Part shown: piece after piece, positions 1 through 8,297 of the stretch
Layout of the letters: every line of letters starts with the position of its first letter
Position numbering within the stretch: the stretch's first letter is position 1
DNA from: Candidatus Omnitrophota bacterium
GTDB lineage: Bacteria; Omnitrophota; Gorgyraeia; Zapsychrales; JANLHA01
DNA length: 32,000 nt
NCBI GenBank assembly: GCA_963662715.1
Contig: OY759724.1
Location: forward strand, 2,940,001 to 2,972,000
Direction: 5' to 3'
The notes under the pieces: model-generated
The model's database searches: none
The model's input: the letters and a program-made list of their open reading frames with translations, nothing else
What the model was told of the DNA's origin: nothing
Made by a program: the position numbers and the translations under genes

Positions 1-417
1 ATCAAGATATCCATAGGGGTCTCTTTGTTGGGTTTGCTGGCGTCTTACGGGTTCTGCCTTGACCTCAACGCCTTCTCGCTGGGAGAAGAGGAAGCCATTC
101 ACCTGGGCGTTGACACGGAAAGGACAAAACGTGCCCTGTTTATTATCGCGGCCCTGCTGATCGGATACAGTGTTTCTGTGACAGGCATTATCGGATTTGT
201 CGGCCTGGTGATCCCTCATCTGATGCGCATGCTCGTTGGACGGGATCACCGCATTCTCTTGATATGCTCATTTCTCGGCGGGGCGGCTTTCTTGATTATC
301 TGTGACACATTGGCCCGGACAATTATTTCCCCCATGGAACTTCCTGTCGGAGTTATCACCGGGCTGCTGGGAGGCTCGCTTTTTGTCTATACCTTAGCCA
401 AAAAAGGAACATTGTAA
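1..417 (+). CDS. FecCD/BtuC-family ABC transporter permease, C-terminal fragment (5' end cut by the window)
   Basis: Frame 1 is open from base 1. The translation ...IIGFVGLVIPHLMRMLVGRDHR...ELPVGVITGLLGGSLFVY matches the conserved C-terminal core of iron-siderophore/B12-type permeases. The stop codon lies just upstream of the ATPase gene. Confidence 0.85.
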   Translation: MKISIGVSLLGLLASYGFCLDLNAFSLGEEEAIHLGVDTERTKRALFIIAALLIGYSVSVTGIIGFVGLVIPHLMRMLVGRDHRILLICSFLGGAAFLIICDTLARTIISPMELPVGVITGLLGGSLFVYTLAKKGTL

Positions 418-420
418 ATC

Positions 421-1269
421 ATGCTCGAAATAAAAAACCTGACCTGCGGGTACACAACAAAGTCTATTCTTCATGATATTGAGTTCAAGGCGGAGGACGG
501 CGAATTTTACGGTATTATTGGACCCAATGGTTCCGGGAAAACCACCTTTCTGCGGACCATCAGCCGCATACTCAAGCCGAGGAAGGGAGCGGTCCTTTTA
601 GATCAGCAGGATATCAGAAAAATGGGGCTGAAGGAACTCGCCCGTAAAATGGCTTTTGTGCCGCAGAGCCTGGAAATCAGCCGCCTGACCGTTGAAGAAT
701 TCGTCCTGCTGGGGCGGATCCCGTATTTTTCCGGACTGCAGTTTATCGAATCAAAGGAGGATTATCTTAAAGCCCGTCAATCCATGGAATTGACGGACGT
801 CCTGCACCTTAAAGATGTTTTTATTGACCAGATCAGCGGGGGCGAAAGACAGCTTGCCCTGATCGCCCGGGCTTTAACCCAGGAGCCGCGGCTGCTTTTG
901 CTTGATGAACCCACGTCGCATTTAGACATCAGCCATCAGGTTAAAATTCTGGATTTATTGAGGAGACTTAACAAAGAGCTGAAAATAACGGTGATGATGG
1001 TGCTGCATGATTTGAACCTGGCCAGTGAATACTGTCATAAACTGGTGCTGATCAATCAGGGAAGAATTCATCGTATAGGATCCCCGCAGGAGGTGTTGGA
1101 CTACCGGATCATTGAAGACGTCTATAAAACAATTGTCGTTGTGGAAAACAACCCTGTTTCGAACAAACCGTATGTATTAATCGTTTCGGAAGAGGCGAGG
1201 GATGCCGCCTGTTTAACAGCTAAGGCCCGGCGTAAAAACGGGGCTTCAAGAGGAAAGGACGCATTATGA
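421..1269 (+). CDS. ABC transporter ATP-binding protein, FepC/BtuD-like (siderophore/corrinoid importer class)
   Basis: Walker A GPNGSGKTT, signature ISGGERQ, Walker B LLLLDEPTSHLD and H-loop VLHDLN are present. The gene is tightly linked to the permease upstream and overlaps the next gene at ATGA. Confidence 0.9.
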   Translation: MLEIKNLTCGYTTKSILHDIEFKAEDGEFYGIIGPNGSGKTTFLRTISRILKPRKGAVLLDQQDIRKMGLKELARKMAFVPQSLEISRLTVEEFVLLGRIPYFSGLQFIESKEDYLKARQSMELTDVLHLKDVFIDQISGGERQLALIARALTQEPRLLLLDEPTSHLDISHQVKILDLLRRLNKELKITVMMVLHDLNLASEYCHKLVLINQGRIHRIGSPQEVLDYRIIEDVYKTIVVVENNPVSNKPYVLIVSEEARDAACLTAKARRKNGASRGKDAL

Positions 1270-1796
1270 AGCAAGGATTGACTCATATTTATACTGGCGA
1301 TGGCAAAGGCAAGACAACAGCCGCTGTCGGGCAGACGATCAGAGCGGCGGGGCAGGGTTTGCGCTGTTGTTTTATTTTCTTCTTTAAGGATCTTTCCCGC
1401 TATACAACCGGAGAATTGACCATTATGAAAACCCTGGGGATAACGGTCATGAATTTCGTCTCCAAATCCCCGTGTTTTTCTCCCGACGTATCTCATGAGG
1501 AGATGCGTCAGGGCTGCCTGCAGTCGCTGAAAGACATAGAAGAAAAAATATTTTCTGATAAGACCCTTGATCTTCTGGTCTTGGATGAATTTAACCTGGC
1601 TGTCAAACACGGATATTTAACGGAAAAGGACATTTTCCCCTTTATTCAAAAGAAGCCGGCCGAACTTGAACTGATTTTAACCGGACGCGGAGCAACGGAT
1701 GAGCTTATGGAACAGGCCGATTATGTGAGTCAAATTCATAAAATAAAACATCCTTATGAACGGGATATCCAGATACGTAAAGGTATTGAATATTAA
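1266..1796 (+). CDS. cobO: cob(I)yrinic acid a,c-diamide / cob(I)alamin adenosyltransferase (CobO/BtuR type)
   Basis: N-terminal P-loop GDGKGKTTAA, LVLDEF, ILTGRGA...ADYVSQIHKIKHPY and a C-terminal KGIEY fit the CobA/CobO/BtuR family. The start is translationally coupled to the ABC ATPase by a 4-nt overlap. Confidence 0.85.
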   Translation: MKQGLTHIYTGDGKGKTTAAVGQTIRAAGQGLRCCFIFFFKDLSRYTTGELTIMKTLGITVMNFVSKSPCFSPDVSHEEMRQGCLQSLKDIEEKIFSDKTLDLLVLDEFNLAVKHGYLTEKDIFPFIQKKPAELELILTGRGATDELMEQADYVSQIHKIKHPYERDIQIRKGIEY

Positions 1797-1854
1797 AACG
1801 GCACAAGGAAGGAAACAGCCCTCAAAATAAATCATTATTTGAAACATGTTATTG

Positions 1855-2035
1855 TCCAGGTGCTCCTCCCGAAGGAGAGAATAGGGAAGCCAGTGCAAAT
1901 CTGGCACGGACCCGCCGCTGTAATGGGGAACGAAAGCCGTATCAAGTCACTGTTCATCGCCGTATAAATAGGCATGAAGATGAACGGGAAGGCGCGGCCA
2001 GTAGGATGATCCTTGAGTCAGAAGACCTGCCTGTA
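1855..2035 (+). promoter_or_regulatory. Cobalamin riboswitch, full-length (class-I/AdoCbl-like) aptamer
   Basis: Conserved core AATAGGGAAGCCAGTGCAAATCTGGCACGGACCCGCCGCTGTAA. Peripheral extension elements GTCACTG and GGGAAGGC. B12 box GAGTCAGAAGACCTGCC. P1 candidates are CAGG(T) at 1857-1861 and ACCTG at 2024-2028. Confidence 0.85.
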
Positions 2036-2110
2036 CAATTTGTTTGCGTCTTTGCCGGGAAACGTTATGTCAGGAAGGCGCAAAGTCTTGTCGCTTAGGA
2101 TAAAACAGGG

Positions 2111-2150
2111 AGTCCTCAAGCCGTTCGGTTTGAGGACTTTTTATTGTTTT
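2111..2150 (+). terminator. Rho-independent terminator, probable expression platform of the upstream riboswitch
   Basis: AGTCCTCAAGCC-GTTC-GGTTTGAGGACT forms a roughly 12-bp stem with a 4-nt loop. It is followed by TTTTATTGTTTTTT and lies 46 nt upstream of the next start codon. Confidence 0.7.
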
Positions 2151-2195
2151 TTATGACAACTTAAGGATATAGAAAGCGGTTTTTTGAGAGAGAAA

Positions 2196-3101
2196 ATGAA
2201 ATTCATACGCATACAATATCTCCCTTTGATGATTGTTTTATCACTCGTTGTGTTGATGAAAGTTGAACCGAGCGGTGCTGCTGTGGTTCAGCAGGATTTT
2301 CTCTGGCTTGAATACCAGGACGCGATAAAAGAAAAAGACGGGAGCATGACATTGCCGCTGCAGATTCATTACGGGACCTTCCCGCAGGAAGAAAAAAAGT
2401 TCCCGGACTTCTTGAGCTTGAGGGCTTTTTATGTTTCCCCCGTCAAGGAGGAGACGGCTCAGGGATTGATTTATGAATCCGCGATTACTCCAAAGACAGA
2501 AGGTTTATTCCTGAATATCAATTCTTTGAAATCCCGTCCTTTCACCGTTTTTGTCGAAGCAAAAATTTCACAAAACGGGACGCCGCATACTTACCTGGCC
2601 AAAACATCTTTTGTGCTTTTCGGTTCTGTTTTAAAGGAAGAGGTTCCCCGTTATTCTCCTGTCTCCGGCTATCCGGTGGACCGTTCCCTGGAGATAACAA
2701 CGCGTCCGCCATTTCATTATTGGCCGCAAACCGGACAGCCGGTGGACATTATTCCTTTATGGCATGATCAGCGTTTGCAGCAGGACACCGTTCATATATT
2801 TGACGAGCATCAGGCTTTAGAAAGCGCAACGACCTCCCGGGAAGGTGTCTTGACATATTTGCCCCCGGATGATGCGGCTTTGAATGCCAGGGGGGATACG
2901 GCTTTTAAACAAACAGTGTTCGTCGTCCAAAAAGACGGGGACGGGGGAAGATACATATCGACATGCACCATGCTCTTACACCGGAACAGATTCAACAAAC
3001 ATAATACGGTTATGGGAATTTTTATTTTCGGGGCCGCCATGCTCGGTTGTTTGGGCGTGGTGCTCGGCAGAAGAAGGAGGTTCCGTTTTGAGTCTTTTTA
3101 A
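2196..3101 (+). CDS. Secreted protein with a C-terminal TM anchor; weak resemblance to DUF4198/COG5266-type periplasmic metal-uptake proteins
   Basis: ATG at 2196 sits inside the TTG-started ORF listed at 2184. N-terminal signal peptide (LMIVLSLVVLMKVEPSGAA). C-terminal TM plus basic tail (VMGIFIFGAAMLGCLGVVLGRRRRFRF). The pattern DFLWLEY...LQIHYGTFP...SLEITTRPP...GQPVDIIPLWHDQ recalls DUF4198, but the family call is by eye only. Confidence 0.6.
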   Translation: MKFIRIQYLPLMIVLSLVVLMKVEPSGAAVVQQDFLWLEYQDAIKEKDGSMTLPLQIHYGTFPQEEKKFPDFLSLRAFYVSPVKEETAQGLIYESAITPKTEGLFLNINSLKSRPFTVFVEAKISQNGTPHTYLAKTSFVLFGSVLKEEVPRYSPVSGYPVDRSLEITTRPPFHYWPQTGQPVDIIPLWHDQRLQQDTVHIFDEHQALESATTSREGVLTYLPPDDAALNARGDTAFKQTVFVVQKDGDGGRYISTCTMLLHRNRFNKHNTVMGIFIFGAAMLGCLGVVLGRRRRFRFESF

Positions 3102-4032
3102 TCTGCGGTCCTGGATTCAGGGCATCAGTTTTCTGATATTAACTTATGGCGGACGTTTCGGGCTGCGTTTAGGCCATTTTTTGCCGTGTTTTGCCTGCCC
3201 TTATGTGGGGAGTTGTTCTGGGCATTGTTATTTGATGGCTTTGCAGGGATCCATTTGGGGAGCCCAGATCCCCTGGGCCCATCTTATCAGCGTCAGGGGC
3301 CTCAGGGCCTTGGGCATGTTTGCCGGATTTTCTTTTTTAGTGATCATTTTCTCTAAAACCTGGTGCGGCTGGATTTGTCCTTTCGGCACTCTGCAGGATT
3401 GGATCTCCTGGGTAAGGAGAAAACTCGCTGTCCGGGAAGCGGAATTTTCCGAAAGTTTCCGGAACGCCTTGAAACCGGTGAAGTACATTTTACTGGTTTT
3501 GCTCATTATCATTCCTATGTTCATTGCCAATGCCGGCCTGCATCCTGACTTTAAACTGCCTTTTTGTCAACTATGCCCGGCCAAGCCTCTCATGCCTGTA
3601 TTTGAAGGAAATTTTCAACATTTTGCCATTGATACCACCAATACCATCACCTTTGTGATGAGTGCATTATCCATGCTGCTTACCGCCGGATTTTTGGTCG
3701 GCATGATGTTTAAAGACCGATTTTTCTGTATATTCTGTCCTCTTTTGGCGCTCATAAGCCTGTTTGACAGATTTGGACTTCTGCAGTTAAAGAAAAATAT
3801 TCGGTCCTGTACGGGCTGCGCCCATTGTGAACAAATATGTCCGATGGATATCAGCGATGTCCATCGGGAAGAACAGAAAGAGCCGGTCATCTCCCAGGAT
3901 TGTACGCTTTGTTTGAAATGCGCTGAACACTGCCCGGAGGATAAAACGCTCTCTTTGGAATTCATGAAAAAACCCCTTTTTTCTTCTTCCAGGAAATATG
4001 TGGCCCGGCATTCGATAAAAACAAAAAGGTGA
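3088..4032 (+). CDS. Polytopic membrane 4Fe-4S protein, NapH/MauN/YccM-like
   Basis: TTG start at 3088 lies 7 nt after SD AAGGAGG (3074-3080). Several TM segments carry CxxCP/CxxxCP motifs (CFACPY, CGWICPFG, CQLCPA, CIFCPL). The C-terminus has two ferredoxin motifs, CTGCAHCEQICP and CTLCLKCAEHCP. The longer ORF from 2884 overlaps the previous gene and is not used. Confidence 0.75.
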   Translation: MSLFNLRSWIQGISFLILTYGGRFGLRLGHFLPCFACPYVGSCSGHCYLMALQGSIWGAQIPWAHLISVRGLRALGMFAGFSFLVIIFSKTWCGWICPFGTLQDWISWVRRKLAVREAEFSESFRNALKPVKYILLVLLIIIPMFIANAGLHPDFKLPFCQLCPAKPLMPVFEGNFQHFAIDTTNTITFVMSALSMLLTAGFLVGMMFKDRFFCIFCPLLALISLFDRFGLLQLKKNIRSCTGCAHCEQICPMDISDVHREEQKEPVISQDCTLCLKCAEHCPEDKTLSLEFMKKPLFSSSRKYVARHSIKTKR

Positions 4033-4037
4033 TATTT

Positions 4038-5270
4038 ATGGACTTGAAGAATAGTCAACAAAGCAAGATCAGAATGAAACAGGAAAAGGTTAAAAAAGAA
4101 CTGCAGGATGAATATGCCTGCCAGATGGATTCGCTTAAACAGCGGGATGACTTTGAACCCGGGTTCGAATACTTTCTTGATATCCTCACTTTGCTTATTT
4201 TTCCAGCCAAACTGAAAGACAGAATGCAGGCTCCCTTAGCCGGGCTTTACTGCATTCAGGCTCCCTTGGAACTGTTTCATGCGTTGGGGTTTCATCCCGT
4301 TAGGTTCTGTCACGGGTCATTGGCTCTCCAGAAGCTTTCCGCCGCTTCTCTCCCGGCTTTGGCTTGCCCGATGATCAAATCCTGTTTAGGGTCGTTTCTT
4401 TCGGAGGAATCTTTGGAAAAAATTTGTGACGTCCTGATCGTGCCTACAACATGCGACTGGAATACCAAAATACCTGAACTGATAGGGGCAAATCTCCGGA
4501 GTCCCTATGTGATGGAACTTCCCCATCTGAAAGACAGTGCACGGGGGAAAAAACGCTGGCAGGAGGAGATTCATGAATTAAAGAATTATCTGCAGAAAAT
4601 ATCCGGAAGGAAACTTGAACGGCAGCGTCTCTGGACATCCGTGCAGACCTACATGCGGGCCTGGGAGGTTTTAGGCCGGATTCTTGAACTGCGGAGAAAC
4701 CAGCAGCTCTCAGGGACCTGGAGCCTCATTTTGACCAATGCTTTTCTTGTCGACAAGGTGGAAAACTGGACGGAGAATGTTCAGCATTTTCTAAAAAAAC
4801 ATCAGCCGCGACCCAACAGTGATCCCGCTGTATTCCTGGCCGGATCTCCGGTCTTTTTCCCATATTTGAAAATCACGGAATTAATCGAGGAAGCCGGTAT
4901 GTTCATCAAGGCCGATGAGCTCTGCACATCGGAACGGATTCTGGCGAGTTCCGTTCCGGACGATCTTTCTGAATACGGCCTGTTGAAGGCCCTTGCGGAC
5001 AAATGTCACCGGGGCTGCAGCTGTCCCACATATGCGGACAATCACCGGCGAATCAACACGGTTATGCATGCCATGCGTAAGAGTAATATCAAAGGGGTTG
5101 TTTATCATGTTCTCAAAGGATGCCATCCTTACGACATAGAAAGTTTTGTTTTTGAAAAAACCGTCAAAGAAAACGGGTTCCATTTTCTGAAAATAGAAAC
5201 CGGCTATTCCAAAGAAGACAGACAAAATATTTTAGCCCGCTTGGAGGCTTTTAAGGACACAATCGGTTGA
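4038..5270 (+). CDS. BcrC/BadD/HgdB-superfamily protein (2-hydroxyacyl-CoA dehydratase D-component / double-cubane-cluster-protein-like)
   Basis: About 410 aa. Family-typical segments are VPTTCDWNTK, DELCTSER, CHRGCSCPTYAD and VVYHVLKGCHPYD...FLKIETGYSKED. ATG at 4038 follows AAAAAGG, whereas the ORF track starts at GTG 4029. The gene lies directly upstream of a cognate-type activase. Confidence 0.75.
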   Translation: MDLKNSQQSKIRMKQEKVKKELQDEYACQMDSLKQRDDFEPGFEYFLDILTLLIFPAKLKDRMQAPLAGLYCIQAPLELFHALGFHPVRFCHGSLALQKLSAASLPALACPMIKSCLGSFLSEESLEKICDVLIVPTTCDWNTKIPELIGANLRSPYVMELPHLKDSARGKKRWQEEIHELKNYLQKISGRKLERQRLWTSVQTYMRAWEVLGRILELRRNQQLSGTWSLILTNAFLVDKVENWTENVQHFLKKHQPRPNSDPAVFLAGSPVFFPYLKITELIEEAGMFIKADELCTSERILASSVPDDLSEYGLLKALADKCHRGCSCPTYADNHRRINTVMHAMRKSNIKGVVYHVLKGCHPYDIESFVFEKTVKENGFHFLKIETGYSKEDRQNILARLEAFKDTIG

Positions 5271-5342
5271 ATTTGAGTCTTGTGTCGGGAATTGCGGCAG
5301 GCCCGACGTTCAGCAAATCCAGATTAAAAGGAGAGGAGAAGA

Positions 5343-6152
5343 ATGGTTATTGTCGGCATAGATATCGGGACGGCGGCTATCAAAGTCGCCTTTACGGACG
5401 GACAGCAATATCTTTGGACCAAGGCCCGGGATACTGTTCCGCATGCCGAAGAGGTCTGTCAAGCCCTGCTGGAGGAAGGCCTGAAAGCCCTGACCATGAC
5501 CGCCGATGATGTGGATGGGATTGCCACAACGGGTTATGGCAAGCGGCTATTCTCCCGCTCCTGTAAATTTGTCAATGAGATATCCGCCAACGCCATGGGG
5601 GCTTTTATCTTGAGTCAGGGGACGGCAGGAACTGTCGTTAACATCGGCGGGCAGGATGCCAAGGTGATTAAGATTTCTTCTCAGGGGAAAGCGGATGATT
5701 TTAAGATGAATACCAAGTGTGCGGCCGGAACAGGCCGTTTTTTTGAGATGGCCGCAAGGATACTAAACGCATCTCTTGACGATTTTGAACGTCTAAGCCG
5801 CTTAAGCCGGAGTCCTGTTTCGATCAACAGCACCTGTGTCGTTTTTGCCGAGAGTGAAATTGTCTCTTTGTTGTCCACCGGGCGGGACCGGAATGATATC
5901 ATCGCCGGCCTGCATAAATCGGTAGCCAGGAAAATATCGGAGATGTCAGAATCCATCCCGTTGGAAGATGTTGTTTATCTGGACGGCGGGCCGGCAAAAA
6001 ACAAAGGATTGTTGTCGGCCATTCAGTCTGAATTGATGAGAGAAGTCGCTGTGTTGTCGCACCCTCAATTTACGGCGGCCTTTGGTGCGGCCAGGATTCT
6101 TTTCAATGAAAGAAAAATATCAGGGAATAATCATTTCACGCTCAAAACCTGA
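5343..6152 (+). CDS. BcrAD/BadFG/HgdC-family ATPase (ATP-dependent electron-transfer activator of dehydratase/DCCP-type enzymes)
   Basis: ASKHA N-terminus VGIDIGTAAIKVA, then NIGGQDAKVI, CAAGTGRFFEMAARIL, VVFAESEIVSL and LDGGPAKNKGL. Strong SD AGGAGAGGAG precedes the ATG. Confidence 0.85.
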   Translation: MVIVGIDIGTAAIKVAFTDGQQYLWTKARDTVPHAEEVCQALLEEGLKALTMTADDVDGIATTGYGKRLFSRSCKFVNEISANAMGAFILSQGTAGTVVNIGGQDAKVIKISSQGKADDFKMNTKCAAGTGRFFEMAARILNASLDDFERLSRLSRSPVSINSTCVVFAESEIVSLLSTGRDRNDIIAGLHKSVARKISEMSESIPLEDVVYLDGGPAKNKGLLSAIQSELMREVAVLSHPQFTAAFGAARILFNERKISGNNHFTLKT

Positions 6153-6238
6153 AGGAAAGAGAAAGGAGGGTCACCTTGTAACGGGAACAATTTTTTGCAG
6201 TCTACATGAAATCGTTAGAAACTATGTTAACCCACCGG

Positions 6239-6324
6239 ATAGACAGAGGAAGTCCTGGTGTGATCCCAGGCGCTGCCCCGCAACGGTAATCTCGCATGAC
6301 GGATGAGCCCGGTCTATTGTCTAT
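6239..6324 (+). promoter_or_regulatory. Compact cobalamin riboswitch lacking the peripheral extension (class-II / AdoCbl-variant-like)
   Basis: P1 is ATAGACA (6239-6245) paired with TGTCTAT (6318-6324). Core GAGGAAGTCCTGGTGTGATCCCAGGCGCTGCCCCGCAACGGTAA parallels the E. coli btuB core GGGAAUCCAGUGCGAAUCUGGAGCUGACGCGCAGCGGUAA. A B12-box-like GAGCCCGG is present. There is no GCCACUG/GGGAAGGC extension. The element ends 28 nt before the receptor start codon. Confidence 0.55.
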
Positions 6325-6352
6325 TTTGGAAGTACACTCGAGGGAGAGGAAA

Positions 6353-8230
6353 ATGGTAAAGAATGTTTGTCTCATTACAGGATTCTTGGGTCTTATGGCA
6401 TTTCAACAAACAGCTGCGGGAGCGGAAATCCATATCGACGAAAAATATCATCTCGGGGAAGTGATCGTCTCCGCAACTAAAACAGAGACATACCAAAGCG
6501 AGGTAGGAAGCTCAACGACCGTCATTACGGCCGAAGAGCTGGAAAATTCGGGAAAAACCCAGGTCCTGGATGTTCTGCGGGATGCCCCGGGCGTGGCTGT
6601 CGTGCAGTATGGCAGTTATGGCGGAGGCACCTCTGTGTATTTAAGAGGCTCCAAGCCCGGACACACTCTGGTCATGATTGACGGCATTGAGGTGAATGAC
6701 CCGATGGTCAGCGACCGATCGTTTGATTTCGCTCATTTGCTGGTCGATAATATCGAACGCATCGAAATTGTCCGGGGGCCGCAATCAACGCTTTATGGTT
6801 CAGATGCTATGGGCGGCGTTATTAATATCATCACGAAAAAAGGTTCCGGCGACATGACGTGGGATGCTTTCTTTGAAGGCGGGACTTTCAAATCTTTTAA
6901 GGAAAAACTCGGTCTCAGCGGGGAGAAAGACAAGCTGGGGTATTCGCTGTCGGTCCTGCGGTTTGACAGTGACGGAGAATCGAAAGCCGCTGACGAATGG
7001 GAGGATGACGGTTACCGCAACACCACGCTTTCCTCGCGGTTAAGTTATCAGCTTCTGGAAAACACGAATATCGATCTGGTCTTCCGTTATATCGATGCGA
7101 AATATGATTATGATGACGGCGCCAACCAGGACGATCCTAATAAGATCGGCTGGTCGGAAAACATGATGACAAAGTTCGCTTTTGATCACGCCATAAATTC
7201 CATCTGGGATCATACGTTCACATTCTCCTATTCCCGGATAAAACGGACGTATCGGGACGAGCCGGATTCTACGGACCTTTATGACAACACCCACAACTGG
7301 TATAAAGGTAACAGGAAAAAATTTGAATGGCAGCATAACCTTTATCCGGTGGACTGGTCGATTTCAACCCTGGGAGTGGAATATGAAGAAGAACGCGGCC
7401 TGGCGGACGGCCGGTCCTCGTGGAACAGGATCGACAGAAAAACAGCGGAAACAGTCAGTTTTTATCTGCAGGATCAGCTGACTTTTTTCGAAGACTTGCA
7501 CGTTACCCCGGGTTTCCGGATCGACGACCATGACCGGTTCGGCACAGAAGCGACCTATAAAATTTCTTCGGCCTATCTTTTGCCGGAGAGCGGCACCCGG
7601 TTTAAGGCGAACTGGGGCACAGGTTTTAAGGCTCCGTCACTGTACCAATTGTATTCAGATTATGGCGATCCGGCCCTGAATCCGGATGAGAGCCGGAGTT
7701 ATGATGTCGGATTTGAACAGGAGCTTTTCGGACAGAAAACATCCTTCGGATTAACGTATTTTTATAACAATTTTAAAAACATGGTGGATTGGGATTCCAG
7801 TTTGAACAAGTATAAAAATATCGATAATGCCATAACCAAAGGTCTGGAATTTGAAGCGTCTTACCGCCCTCTAGAATCTTTGACTCTGGGGACGAACTAT
7901 ACCTATACAAAGACAAAAGACAAAGATACAGACAAGGAGCTGCCCAGACGGGTTCAGAATCAGGTCGGTTTTCATATCAACTGGACCTTGCTTGAAAAAA
8001 CGAACCTGAACTTGACGGCCACTTACATGGGACATCGATGGGATGATGCCGCGAATACGAACAAGTTGAAACCTTATACCCGCGTTGACTTCCGGGGGTC
8101 TTACGATTTGACGGATCATGTCCAGCTTTTCACCAGGATAGAAAATCTGTTTGATAAAAAAGCGGAACAAATCAGCGGTTACGGCACCCCCGGGACATCT
8201 TATTACGCCGGGATTAAAGCCACATTCTAA
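6353..8230 (+). CDS. btuB: TonB-dependent outer-membrane receptor, BtuB-like (corrinoid uptake inferred from the riboswitch)
   Basis: ATG at 6353 follows GAGGGAGAGGA, so the ORF-track start at 6296 would lie inside the riboswitch. Signal peptide, then TonB-box-like GEVIVSAT. Plug motifs are VLRDAPGV, YLRGSKPGHTLVMIDGIEVNDP, IEIVRGPQSTLYGSDAMGGVINIITK. A barrel follows, ending in YYAGIKATF with a terminal Phe. Confidence 0.9.
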   Translation: MVKNVCLITGFLGLMAFQQTAAGAEIHIDEKYHLGEVIVSATKTETYQSEVGSSTTVITAEELENSGKTQVLDVLRDAPGVAVVQYGSYGGGTSVYLRGSKPGHTLVMIDGIEVNDPMVSDRSFDFAHLLVDNIERIEIVRGPQSTLYGSDAMGGVINIITKKGSGDMTWDAFFEGGTFKSFKEKLGLSGEKDKLGYSLSVLRFDSDGESKAADEWEDDGYRNTTLSSRLSYQLLENTNIDLVFRYIDAKYDYDDGANQDDPNKIGWSENMMTKFAFDHAINSIWDHTFTFSYSRIKRTYRDEPDSTDLYDNTHNWYKGNRKKFEWQHNLYPVDWSISTLGVEYEEERGLADGRSSWNRIDRKTAETVSFYLQDQLTFFEDLHVTPGFRIDDHDRFGTEATYKISSAYLLPESGTRFKANWGTGFKAPSLYQLYSDYGDPALNPDESRSYDVGFEQELFGQKTSFGLTYFYNNFKNMVDWDSSLNKYKNIDNAITKGLEFEASYRPLESLTLGTNYTYTKTKDKDTDKELPRRVQNQVGFHINWTLLEKTNLNLTATYMGHRWDDAANTNKLKPYTRVDFRGSYDLTDHVQLFTRIENLFDKKAEQISGYGTPGTSYYAGIKATF

Positions 8231-8234
8231 CAGG

Positions 8235-8281
8235 GTTCGTCGCAGGGGACGGTAAAAAATTTTGCCGTCCCCCTGACGAAC
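8235..8281 (+). other. Long imperfect GC-rich hairpin between the receptor and exbB
   Basis: GTTCGTCGCAGGGGACGGTAAAA pairs with TTTTGCCGTCCCCCTGACGAAC. There is a 7-bp outer stem, a small internal loop and bulge, and an 8-bp GGGGACGG/CCGTCCCC inner stem. No U-tract follows. Confidence 0.4.
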
Positions 8282-8297
8282 AGAAAGGGCAAAAAGC

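Noticed and set aside
1122-1610. A 162-aa minus-strand ORF. The same applies to the other long antisense ORFs at 7871-8374, 11933-12412, 12548-13003, 13046-13795, 13948-14370, 14740-15078, 16307-16711 and 20465-21019.
   Set aside because: Each lies entirely antisense to a plus-strand gene with strong family motifs. None has an SD or a recognisable domain. Their translations are low-complexity and rich in Arg, Ser and Leu, as is typical of shadow ORFs.
2884-3087. The N-terminal 68 codons of the ORF-track entry 2884..4032
   Set aside because: This stretch overlaps the 3' end of the preceding gene by more than 200 nt in another frame. A TTG at 3088 with a well-spaced AAGGAGG, followed by the first TM segment, gives a sensible NapH-like start.
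6296-6352. An upstream extension of the receptor ORF (MTDEPGLLSILEVHSRERK)
   Set aside because: It would be translated from inside the riboswitch P1 and B12-box region. The ATG at 6353 has a strong SD and starts a normal signal peptide.
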